64,000 nucleotides of DNA from an uncultured Actinomycetes bacterium (GTDB taxonomy: Bacteria; Actinomycetota; UBA4738; HRBIN12): positions 9,805-73,804 of the forward strand of contig CAZXFA010000010.1 of assembly GCA_964640085.1 (NCBI GenBank), written 5' to 3'. Made by a program: the position numbers and the translations under genes. This document shows positions 1 to 8,043 of the stretch, piece by piece. The stretch's first letter is position 1; every line of letters starts with the position of its first letter. The notes beneath the pieces were generated by a model. That model saw nothing but the letters and a program-made list of their open reading frames with translations, did not search any database and had not been told where the DNA came from.

Positions 1-437
1 CGTTCCATCCAGAAGCCTTCGCCGCGGGGACCAGCTACTTCGGCGTCTCGGACCTCGAGCCGTTCGCGACGTTCACCCACAAGTTCGAGCTCCGGTACAC
101 GGACCTGCTGGTCGGCCCCTGGCCGGAGGCCGCGGACCTGTGGCGTGAGCGCTCCCCCGTGCGGCGGGCGGACGTGATCCGTCGACCGGTGCTCCTGCTC
201 CAGGGCCTGGAGGACGCCGTCGTCCCGCCCTCTCAAGCCGAGATCATGATCGAAGCCCTCGAGGCCAACGGCGTCCCCTACGCGTACCTGGCGTTCGAAG
301 GAGAGCAGCACGGGTTCCGGCGGGCGGAGACCATCGCCCGCTCGTACCAGGCCGAGCTCGCCTTCTACGGAAGGGTGTTGGGGTTCGAGCCGTCCGACGA
401 CCTGCCGCCCCTCGAGCTCCGGAACCTCGCCGACTGA
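1..437 (+). CDS. S9 family peptidase (prolyl oligopeptidase/acylaminoacyl-peptidase-like), C-terminal fragment; the gene starts upstream of the window
   Basis: Open frame from position 1. The C-terminal alpha/beta-hydrolase region (VLLLQGLEDAVVPPSQAEIMIEALEANGVPYAYLAFEGEQHGF) is typical of the S9 peptidase catalytic His region. Confidence 0.55.
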   Translation, partial: FHPEAFAAGTSYFGVSDLEPFATFTHKFELRYTDLLVGPWPEAADLWRERSPVRRADVIRRPVLLLQGLEDAVVPPSQAEIMIEALEANGVPYAYLAFEGEQHGFRRAETIARSYQAELAFYGRVLGFEPSDDLPPLELRNLAD

Positions 438-512
438 CGTCCGTGTGACCCGACGGCCGGGGGCCGAACGACCTTCCCGACCCCTCGCCCCGTTCCCGAG
501 GATGGTGGAGGC

Positions 513-1034
513 ATGCGTCCGGGCACCCTCGGCCTCGTTTGGCGGCTGACGTGCCGGCTCCTACCGGCGGGGCTCCTGCTGTGGGCCGGGGTGGCCAAGG
601 CCCTGGACCGGCAGGACTCGATCCTCGCGGTCGATGCCTACGACGTGCTTCCGGAGGCGCTGGTCCGCCCGGTGGCGACCGTCCTGCCGTGGCTCGAGAT
701 CGGACTTGCGGTCCTGCTCGTCCTCGGGCTGTTCATGCGGTTCGCGGGGGGTGCGACGGCGGCGCTGGCCGCGCTGTTCATCGCGGGCATGGCCCAGGCC
801 AAGGCTCGAGGGCTGGAGATCGATTGTGGGTGCTTCGGGGGCGGTGGCCCGGGCGAGGGCGTGAGCTGGTGGGACATCGCCCGCGATACCCCGATCCTGC
901 TCGCCGGCCTCTACCTGGCCTGGCGGCCGCGGGGGCCGCTGCAGCTCGACAACGTGTTCATCGTGGAGAGGTCGGAGGGAGCAGATGGCGACGACGAGAG
1001 GGACGAAGCGCGAGCGGCAGCGGGCCGCCGCTGA
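513..1034 (+). CDS. MauE/DoxX-like membrane protein (methylamine utilisation MauE family)
   Basis: 173 aa with several TM helices and the conserved CGCFGG motif of the MauE family. It is paired with a downstream thioredoxin-like gene. Confidence 0.6.
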   Translation: MRPGTLGLVWRLTCRLLPAGLLLWAGVAKALDRQDSILAVDAYDVLPEALVRPVATVLPWLEIGLAVLLVLGLFMRFAGGATAALAALFIAGMAQAKARGLEIDCGCFGGGGPGEGVSWWDIARDTPILLAGLYLAWRPRGPLQLDNVFIVERSEGADGDDERDEARAAAGRR

Positions 1035-1644
1035 GGCTCGGGCCACCGCCCGGCGACGGCAGCAGCAGCGTCGGACCCTCGGATACGCCCTGGGCGGCGT
1101 CGCCCTGATCGCAGTGGTGGTGCTGGCCGTCGTCGCGATGATGGACAGCGGAGGCGGCGAGGACTCGGGCCCGGCCGGTTCCGGCGAGGTCTCGGTGGCC
1201 ACGCCCGCGCGTTCCCAGCCGCTCGCTCCCGGCGAGACGGTACCGGACTTCTCGGCCCCGGGGATCGGCGGGGGGACGGTCTCCTGGGGCGAGTTCCTGG
1301 GCCGTCCAGCCGTCCTTCCCGTCTGGGCCCCATGGTGCCCGCATTGCCAGGTGGAGCTCCCCCTGCTGGACGGCGTGATGGAGGAGTTCCCGGAGGTCGG
1401 TTTCGTCACGATCGTGACCTCGATCGGCGACGAGCCGGGGCCGGCGCCGGCCGAGTTCCTGTCGGAGAACGGCATCACCGCTCCGACGGCGATCGACGAT
1501 CGAGCCGGAACGCTGGCACGGGCCTTCGGGATCCAGGGGTTCCCCACGCTGTACTTCGTGGGCTCGGCCGGCGAGGTGGTCCAGGTCGTCGAGGGCGAGG
1601 CGGACGAGGAGACGATCCGGAGCATCGTCGGGTCGTTGACCTGA
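985..1644 (+). CDS. TlpA/ResA-like thiol-disulfide oxidoreductase (thioredoxin fold, membrane anchored)
   Basis: A WCPHC active-site motif follows an N-terminal TM helix. A strong SD (GGAGGGAG) precedes the ATG, and the gene overlaps the end of the MauE-like gene. Confidence 0.75.
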   Translation: MATTRGTKRERQRAAAEARATARRRQQQRRTLGYALGGVALIAVVVLAVVAMMDSGGGEDSGPAGSGEVSVATPARSQPLAPGETVPDFSAPGIGGGTVSWGEFLGRPAVLPVWAPWCPHCQVELPLLDGVMEEFPEVGFVTIVTSIGDEPGPAPAEFLSENGITAPTAIDDRAGTLARAFGIQGFPTLYFVGSAGEVVQVVEGEADEETIRSIVGSLT

Positions 1645-1654
1645 CCTTGGCGGG

Positions 1655-1740
1655 ACACCGTCCCGAGAGGGGGGTTGCGGGGAGCCGGATCGCATCCGGC
1701 TCCCCGCACCAGAGGGGCGCATGTCTCGTGGCGCCCCGGA
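1655..1740 (+). terminator. Cluster of three GC-rich hairpins downstream of the thioredoxin gene (putative intrinsic terminator region)
   Basis: Three hairpins: GGGACaccGTCCC at 1655-1667; GCGGGGAGCCGGAT-cgc-ATCCGGCTCCCCGC at 1677-1707 (a perfect 14-bp stem); and GGGGCGC...GCGCCCC at about 1715-1740. Confidence 0.4.
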
Positions 1741-1794
1741 CGCTACCTCCGCCCGTGACGGCCGCGTGATCTCGACGTGGCCGCCAGGTGAACC

Positions 1795-1992
1795 TCAGTG
1801 CTTCGCCGGCCACAGCACGGCCGCGAGCGCGGCCCGAGCGAACCGGCGGGCGGCCCCCCGATCGTCCGCGATCCGCGAACGGCGTGTGGCCCTGGCGACC
1901 CGCTCGAGCTCCGCCTCGCGGACGCGGTCGGCGATCCGGTGCCGCGCCATCTCTCCGCTCAGCATCTCGGCCCTCCTCGTCTCGTCAGGCAC
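1795..1992 (-). CDS. hypothetical small basic protein (65 aa), GTG start, weak support
   Basis: ORF from the six-frame track. No convincing SD and no recognisable domain; it may be spurious. Confidence 0.2.
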   Translation of the reverse strand: MPDETRRAEMLSGEMARHRIADRVREAELERVARATRRSRIADDRGAARRFARAALAAVLWPAKH

Positions 1993-2095
1993 CCACGTTA
2001 TGGGGAGCGGTCCTGGGGCGCGGTGATCGGAGGCACGACCCGCGGGTGACGTCCGTCACGTTGCAACCGGTCGCTCAGCCGCGGAAGATGCGCGC

Positions 2096-2776
2096 GTGGG
2101 AGAGATGCTCCGACGAGCGTTCGCGGTGGCTGTCGGCTGTGCCGCGGCGTGGGCCATCGCACCGACCGCGGGAGCTCAGACCCCGGCCGCCACGCCACAG
2201 GTCGACGGGGAGGTCTCGGGGGTTCTGGCGCCCGGCGGTGCCCTCACGATGCGGGTCGAGGCGCTGATGCCCGGGGGGTGGGAGGGCCTCCACCTGGTCG
2301 AGGTGGTCGTGATCGTCGAGGGGCGTGAGGTCGATCACCTCCGGTACGACATCGAGGACACCCGGCTCGCGCTGGGCGATCAGGAGATGGTGGTCGGGAC
2401 CGGTGATGCCGTCGTCGGGAAACTGGTGCGGCTCGCCGGATCCCGGGTGGTCGTGACGACCGGGGCCGGTCACCTGTCCTTCACCGCCACCGCCCAGGTG
2501 CTGCGGGAGATCCCGGACGATGCCCGGTTCCGACTCTCGGTGACCGGGGACCGGGGGGAGCACGCATCCGTGACGCGTCGCCTCACCAGGCAGGAGCCCG
2601 AGGGCCTCACGTGGACGACGGTGGTAGCCGCGGTGATCGCGGCGCTGCTCGCGGGGGGGTTCGTCGGGAACCTCTACGCCTCGCGCCGGCGTCCGTCGCC
2701 GCGGCTGTCCGTGTACGGCGCGATCCGCCGCCGCTTGGACGAGGAGCGTTCCTCTTCCGCAGAGGCGAGGCGGTGA
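2096..2776 (+). CDS. secreted single-pass membrane protein (signal peptide, about 150-aa ectodomain, C-terminal TM helix and basic tail); hypothetical
   Basis: Signal peptide MLRRAFAVAVGCAAAWAIAPTAGA and C-terminal TM helix TWTTVVAAVIAALLAGGFVG followed by an RRRPSPR tail. Its stop overlaps the GTG of the next gene (GTGA at 2773-2776). Confidence 0.5.
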   Translation: MGEMLRRAFAVAVGCAAAWAIAPTAGAQTPAATPQVDGEVSGVLAPGGALTMRVEALMPGGWEGLHLVEVVVIVEGREVDHLRYDIEDTRLALGDQEMVVGTGDAVVGKLVRLAGSRVVVTTGAGHLSFTATAQVLREIPDDARFRLSVTGDRGEHASVTRRLTRQEPEGLTWTTVVAAVIAALLAGGFVGNLYASRRRPSPRLSVYGAIRRRLDEERSSSAEARR

Positions 2777-4938
2777 CCGAGGTCGCCGCTCGCGGCGTGT
2801 ACGCGGCCGCGACCCGGGCGGCGGGGAGCTTCCCGGCGGACGATGGTCTGGAACTGTGGCGCCGGATCGCAGAGCGGATCGATCCTGTGGCCTTCCGACC
2901 GCGGCTGCACCCCGACGTGGAGGTGAAGACGTTCCGGCTCCGATGGGGCAACGACTACGCGATGATCGCCAGCCCCGACCGCTCGATGCACTACCGGCTC
3001 GAGCCCTGGGAGGCGGAGATCCTCGACCTGATGGTCGGAACGCGCACCGTGAAGGAGATCGTCGTCGAGCGGTTCCAGGACTCGGGCGACATGGAGCTCT
3101 CGGGCGTTGCCGACCTGGTGGAGCAGCTCCGCGCTGGTGGGTTCCTCGCGACCCCCTACGTCGACGTCCCGGCGATGGTCCGGGGAGCGCTCCGGCCCGT
3201 ATCCGGCATGCGGGCGGTGTCCAGGCGGTTCGTGCGAACGCTCACGCTCGAGTGGGAGGGTGCCCACCGGCTGGTTGTGTGGTTCTACCGGAACGGGCTG
3301 CAGCTGTTCTTCAACCCGGTGGTGGTGGTCGTGGGGCTGGTCGCGTCGTTCGGAGGGTTCGCGGCCTTCGTGTCGCTGTTCCGGACCGGTCGGTTCGAGC
3401 TCGCAGCTGGGGACGCGGCCGTCGCCTCCCTGATCCTCCTCGCGATGAACTACGTCCTCACGTTCGTGCACGAGCTCGCCCACGCGGTCGTCCTCGTCCA
3501 CCACGGTCGACGCGTGAAGAGCGCCGGGTTCATGATCTACTTCGGGTCGCCCGCGTTCTTCGTGGACGCTTCGGACGGCCTGATGATGGAGCGGGGCCCG
3601 CGCATCATGCAGGCCTTCGGCGGTCCGTTCGCCGAGCTCGTGATCGCCGGCGCCGCCTCGTTCGCGGCCTGGATCGCGCCCGACACGTGGGCGGCTCCCA
3701 TCCTGTACCGCTTCGCGCTGCTCAACTACTTCATCATCTTCCTGAACCTGGTCCCCATGCTGGAGCTCGACGGCTACTTCATCCTCTCCGACCTGATCCA
3801 GGTCCCCGATCTCCGGCCCCGTTCGCTGCGGTTCGTCCGCTACGACCTCTGGACCAAGCTGCGACGTCGCGAGCGGTGGACGAAGCAAGAGGGCGGCCTC
3901 GCCCTGTACGGGATCCTCGGCGTCGCGTTCACGATCTTCGCGCTCGTCACGTCCGTCTACTTCTGGGAGGAGGTGTTCGGGGGCCTCATCCGGCGCCTGT
4001 GGGAGGGCGGGTCCGTGGGTCGGCTGCTCCTGATCGCCCTCGTCCTGTTCGTGACCGGTCCGGTCCTCCGAGGGGCCATCGCCCTGGTGCGTAGCCTGGT
4101 GCGACGCGGGATGGGTGTCGTCCGGGCGGTGCGGTTCCGACTCCAGACGCGGTGGCGGATCGAGGCAGCCAGGGCGATCGACGCGCTCCCCATCCTCGAG
4201 GACCTACCCGAGGACGTCCTGTCTGACCTCGCCGGACGGGTGCAGCTGCGCACCTTCGCCGCGGGACGACCGGTGTTCCGTCAGGGCGATCGGCCGGATG
4301 CCTTCTACGTGATCCGCCGTGGGAGGCTCCACGTGATCGAGGAGAACCCGGGGACCGGAACGGAGCGGGTGATCCGGGTCTTGGGCCCGGGCGAGTCGTT
4401 CGGCGAGCTCGGGCTGATCGACGGCCAAGCGCGCTCGGCCACGGTTCGGCCGGTGGAGGACTGCCAGCTGTTCGTGGTGGACGAGGGGACCTTCGACCGT
4501 CTGCTCGCCGACCCGATCCGGGTGCCCGATCTGGCACCCACGCTCCAGGCCGTGGCGGAGCTCCGACGGCTTCCGCCGTTCGCCGGGCTGGAGGCGGCCG
4601 ACCTCTCGGAGGTGCTCGCTCGTGGCGGCTGGGTGAACGTCTCGCCGGGACGGGTCGTGATCGAGCAGGGCCAGGAGGGGGACGCCTTCTACGTGGTCGG
4701 ATCCGGCCGGCTGGAGGTGGCGGTCGACGGCGCCCGGGTGCGCACCCTCGGCCCGGGGGGCCATTTCGGCGAGATCGCCCTCCTGCTGGGGGTGCCGCGG
4801 ACGGCGAGCGTCGTGGCCAGGACCCCCGCCCGGGTCTTCCGCCTGGACCGCGAGGGCTTCGACCGGGTGCTCGCCGAGGCGTTCCGGCGGGGGACCCTCG
4901 ATCCGGCAGCACCGATCGATCGAACCTGGCAGCATTAG
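2773..4938 (+). CDS. M50 family (site-2 protease-like) intramembrane zinc metalloprotease fused to two C-terminal cyclic-nucleotide-binding (CAP effector) domains
   Basis: An HELAHAVVLVHHG (HExxH) motif sits inside a TM helix, with multiple further TM helices. There are two cNMP-binding signatures (FGELGLIDGQARSATVRP and FGEIALLLGVPRTASVVA), each preceded by an (A)FYVI/VRRG(R)L motif. The start is placed at GTG 2773 (SD GAGGCGAGGCG, GTGA overlap with the upstream gene). The track ORF 2611..4938 extends further 5' in frame. Confidence 0.75.
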   Translation: MTEVAARGVYAAATRAAGSFPADDGLELWRRIAERIDPVAFRPRLHPDVEVKTFRLRWGNDYAMIASPDRSMHYRLEPWEAEILDLMVGTRTVKEIVVERFQDSGDMELSGVADLVEQLRAGGFLATPYVDVPAMVRGALRPVSGMRAVSRRFVRTLTLEWEGAHRLVVWFYRNGLQLFFNPVVVVVGLVASFGGFAAFVSLFRTGRFELAAGDAAVASLILLAMNYVLTFVHELAHAVVLVHHGRRVKSAGFMIYFGSPAFFVDASDGLMMERGPRIMQAFGGPFAELVIAGAASFAAWIAPDTWAAPILYRFALLNYFIIFLNLVPMLELDGYFILSDLIQVPDLRPRSLRFVRYDLWTKLRRRERWTKQEGGLALYGILGVAFTIFALVTSVYFWEEVFGGLIRRLWEGGSVGRLLLIALVLFVTGPVLRGAIALVRSLVRRGMGVVRAVRFRLQTRWRIEAARAIDALPILEDLPEDVLSDLAGRVQLRTFAAGRPVFRQGDRPDAFYVIRRGRLHVIEENPGTGTERVIRVLGPGESFGELGLIDGQARSATVRPVEDCQLFVVDEGTFDRLLADPIRVPDLAPTLQAVAELRRLPPFAGLEAADLSEVLARGGWVNVSPGRVVIEQGQEGDAFYVVGSGRLEVAVDGARVRTLGPGGHFGEIALLLGVPRTASVVARTPARVFRLDREGFDRVLAEAFRRGTLDPAAPIDRTWQH

Positions 4939-4968
4939 CCGGGCTCGAGCTCCGAGGAGAGGGTCGGG

Positions 4969-5187
4969 ATGGATTGCTGGCACTGCCGCAGGACCGCCGT
5001 GGGCGTCTGCCGCTTCTGTGGGCGAGGGATCTGCGAGGACCACGTGGAGACCCTCCCCTTCGTGCTCGAGCTGTTCCGCGGCAAGGAAGGGACGCGCGCC
5101 CTGGTCGTCGAGGATGCCCTCTTCTGCGGCGCGTGTACGCCGCGTCCGGACCCGCTCGACCTCCCGGAGCTCGACTCCGAGGCGTGA
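4969..5187 (+). CDS. small Cys-rich zinc-ribbon protein (DUF2180-like: CxxC...CxxCGxGxC.DH)
   Basis: 72 aa, MDCWHCRRTAVGVCRFCGRGICEDH plus a later CGAC. It sits 30 bp downstream of the protease gene. Confidence 0.5.
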   Translation: MDCWHCRRTAVGVCRFCGRGICEDHVETLPFVLELFRGKEGTRALVVEDALFCGACTPRPDPLDLPELDSEA

Positions 5188-5192
5188 GCGGG

Positions 5193-5232
5193 TGTGACGT
5201 TCGTCACAGCCTCCCGCGTGATGCAGGTCACG
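5193..5232 (+). promoter_or_regulatory. Two CRP/FNR-type palindromic operator candidates: TGTGA-cgttcg-TCACA (5193-5208) and CGTGA-tgcagg-TCACG (5217-5232)
   Basis: Both are perfect inverted repeats with the canonical 6-bp spacer. Their centres are 24 bp apart, about 110-150 bp upstream of the small basic ORF at 5342 and in the same region as the Crp-family regulator gene. Confidence 0.5.
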
Positions 5233-5341
5233 TCCCGGTCGGTGACGCCCGGCACATCGATCGTGTGACGGCGACGCGAGGATGATGAGGTGTGGTGGCG
5301 TCCCCACCGGGGACCGGGATCCCGGAGGGAGGTGAAAGCGA

Positions 5342-5488
5342 GTGGCGGAGAAGAAGATCACCCCGAAGGCCGCGACGGGCAAGGCGGCGAGTGGCACCGG
5401 GAAGGCTGCGGCGACCCGCGTGACCAAGCGTCAGACCAAGCGTCAGACGAAGCGGCAGACGAAGCGGCAGACCAAGCGGACGATCTGA
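5342..5488 (+). CDS. unannotated small basic protein, 48 aa (MAEKKITPKAATGKAASGTGKAAATRVTKRQTKRQTKRQTKRQTKRTI); histone-H1-like / nucleoid- or ribosome-associated candidate
   Basis: GTG start is preceded by a strong SD (GGAGGGAGGTG, 7 nt spacing). The coding part contains five tandem 12-bp repeats (ACCAAGCGTCAG-like) encoding (TKRQ)x5, with TGA at 5486-5488. It is not in the ORF track because it is under 60 aa, and it is followed directly by a perfect hairpin. Confidence 0.55.
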   Translation: MAEKKITPKAATGKAASGTGKAAATRVTKRQTKRQTKRQTKRQTKRTI

Positions 5489-5509
5489 GGTCTTCGTCGT
5501 CGGTACCCC

Positions 5510-5542
5510 GACGGCGGGCCCGACGCGGTCGGGCCCGCCGTC
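5510..5542 (+). terminator. Perfect 15-bp stem hairpin GACGGCGGGCCCGAC-gcg-GTCGGGCCCGCCGTC (intrinsic terminator candidate)
   Basis: Seen directly in the sequence, 22 bp after the stop of the small basic ORF. It argues against the Crp-family ORF starting at 5290. Confidence 0.5.
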
Positions 5543-5589
5543 AGCTTTCGGGCTATCCGCGGAGAAGGGACTTGGCTACGCTTGCGACG

Positions 5590-6330
5590 ATGGTGACGGC
5601 GAGGACCGGGGTCGGGGCGATCGCCCCCACGGAGCTGGTGGGGTCGATGGCCCGGACTCCGCTGTTCGACGGTGCCGCACCGCGAACGATCGCACGGCTG
5701 GCCGAGCGAGGGACCCTGCGTCCGTACCGCCGCGGTACCTACCTGTTCCACCAGGGCGATCTCTCGCCGGAGGTGTTCTTCCTGGTCTCGGGGCGGGTCG
5801 AGATTAGCTCGCTGTCGGCCAGCGGACACCGCCAGCTCCACACCACGCTCGATTCACCGCAGTTCTTCGGCGAGCTCGGGGTGCTCGGAGACATGCCGCG
5901 GAGCGCCGCCGCCCTCGCCCTGGAGGCGTCCACGGTCTGGGTCATGCCCGCGGAGGGCTTCCTCGGATTCCTCGCCGAGGAGCCCGCCGCCTCCCGTGCC
6001 CTCCTCCGCGCGCTGGCACGGCAGGTGACCGCGCACGAGGCGTTCGTCGAGGACCTGCTGTACCTGGACCTGAAGGGGCGGGTGGCCAAGCGGCTGCTCC
6101 AGCTGGTGTCGCCGTCGCTGGACGAGCTCCCCGAGGACGGAGCGGTCGTGCCCTCCATCGTCACCCACGCCGACCTCGCGAGCCTGTGCGGCGGGAGTCG
6201 TGAGAACGTGACCAGGATCCTCTCCGAGTTCCAGCGCCGCGGGATCGTGGAGCGCGATGGCCGGCGGTTCGTGCTGCGGAAGATCGCGGGACTGGCCCAC
6301 CTGGCCGGCGTCCCCGGGGGTTCGAGGTGA
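5590..6330 (+). CDS. Crp/Fnr family transcriptional regulator (cNMP-binding domain plus C-terminal HTH)
   Basis: cNMP-binding domain (TPLFDGAAP...FGELGVLGDMPRSAAALA) and HTH (SRENVTRILSEFQRRGIVERDGRRFVL). The track ORF starts at 5290 but would read through the hairpin and the small ORF. Start chosen at ATG 5590; ATG 5647 (MARTPLFDG, SD GGTGGGG) is also possible. Confidence 0.8.
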   Translation: MVTARTGVGAIAPTELVGSMARTPLFDGAAPRTIARLAERGTLRPYRRGTYLFHQGDLSPEVFFLVSGRVEISSLSASGHRQLHTTLDSPQFFGELGVLGDMPRSAAALALEASTVWVMPAEGFLGFLAEEPAASRALLRALARQVTAHEAFVEDLLYLDLKGRVAKRLLQLVSPSLDELPEDGAVVPSIVTHADLASLCGGSRENVTRILSEFQRRGIVERDGRRFVLRKIAGLAHLAGVPGGSR

Positions 6331-6641
6331 CCGTCCGCGAGCTCCGCCGCTGGTGGGGGCAGACAGTGGCCGCCCACGACTGGCTGGAGGCGGCGAGCGT
6401 CGCTCTCGGCGTGCTCTTCCTCGCGGGGGCGCTGGCGAGCGTCGTTGCGGTCCTCGTCGCGGTGGTGAGCTTGGGGGAGCCCGAGCCCGGGCTCGAGGGC
6501 TCCCAGGGGCTCCTCCAGGCCACCAGGGGATTGGGGGCATTCCTGTTCGGCGCCTTCGCTCTCGTCGCCGTCGCGGTCGGCTGGTTCCTCGCGGGCGAGG
6601 CGATCAGTAGGGCGGCGCGTCGCCTGGTGGGCCGGGGCTGA
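6327..6641 (+). CDS. small 2-TM membrane protein, hypothetical; translationally coupled to the Crp-family regulator (GTGA overlap)
   Basis: 104 aa with two hydrophobic helices. The start GTG overlaps the stop of the Crp-family gene. Confidence 0.45.
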   Translation: MTVRELRRWWGQTVAAHDWLEAASVALGVLFLAGALASVVAVLVAVVSLGEPEPGLEGSQGLLQATRGLGAFLFGAFALVAVAVGWFLAGEAISRAARRLVGRG

Positions 6642-6674
6642 TCGCGGGCCGAGAGGGCGCGGGCCTCGGGCGGC

Positions 6675-7702
<1,028 letters not shown>

Positions 7703-7747
7703 GCTCCAGGGTACCGGGTTCGGCGTCCGGACCGGGTCGCGCGCTCG

Positions 7748-8002
7748 TCAACCCTCGGGAGGTGCTTGCGGGAGCAGCCCCCGGACCGTGTCCATCGCGG
7801 CCGTCATCGCGTCGGACCGTGAGGCGCCGCCGGCCATCCCCCGGCCCACGGCGCTGCCGAGCAGGAACGACGCGAGCGGGGTGATCTTCCGCTCCACGCG
7901 GTGGGCGACGTCGCGAGCGATCCCCAGGAGCTGCGCCGTCTCCAGCTCGGAGAGTGTGTCCTCTCCCAGCGCCTCCGCCAGCTGGTCGATCCAGGACTCC
8001 AT
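7748..8002 (-). CDS. small conserved actinobacterial protein (84 aa), DUF6457-like (a family reported next to MobA/Moco genes); hypothetical
   Basis: MESWIDQLAEALGEDTLSELETAQLLGIARDVAHRVERKITPLASFLLG. A good SD (GAGGAGGG) precedes it. It lies between mttB-like and moaA and is in frame with a long spurious track ORF. Confidence 0.4.
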   Translation of the reverse strand: MESWIDQLAEALGEDTLSELETAQLLGIARDVAHRVERKITPLASFLLGSAVGRGMAGGASRSDAMTAAMDTVRGLLPQAPPEG

Positions 8003-8043
8003 CGTGCCCTCCTCGGTCGATGCCGGGAACCCTACCCCGCGCC

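Noticed and set aside
561-1709. 382-aa ORF on the minus strand opposite the MauE/thioredoxin genes, and many similar long antisense ORFs (for example 31817-35263, 1148 aa; 52486-56052, 1188 aa; 60908-62734, 608 aa; 11529-13043)
   Set aside because: In 70% GC DNA, stop codons are rare on the antisense strand of real genes. These translations are Arg/Pro/Gly-rich low-complexity with no domain signatures, and they overlap well-supported genes.
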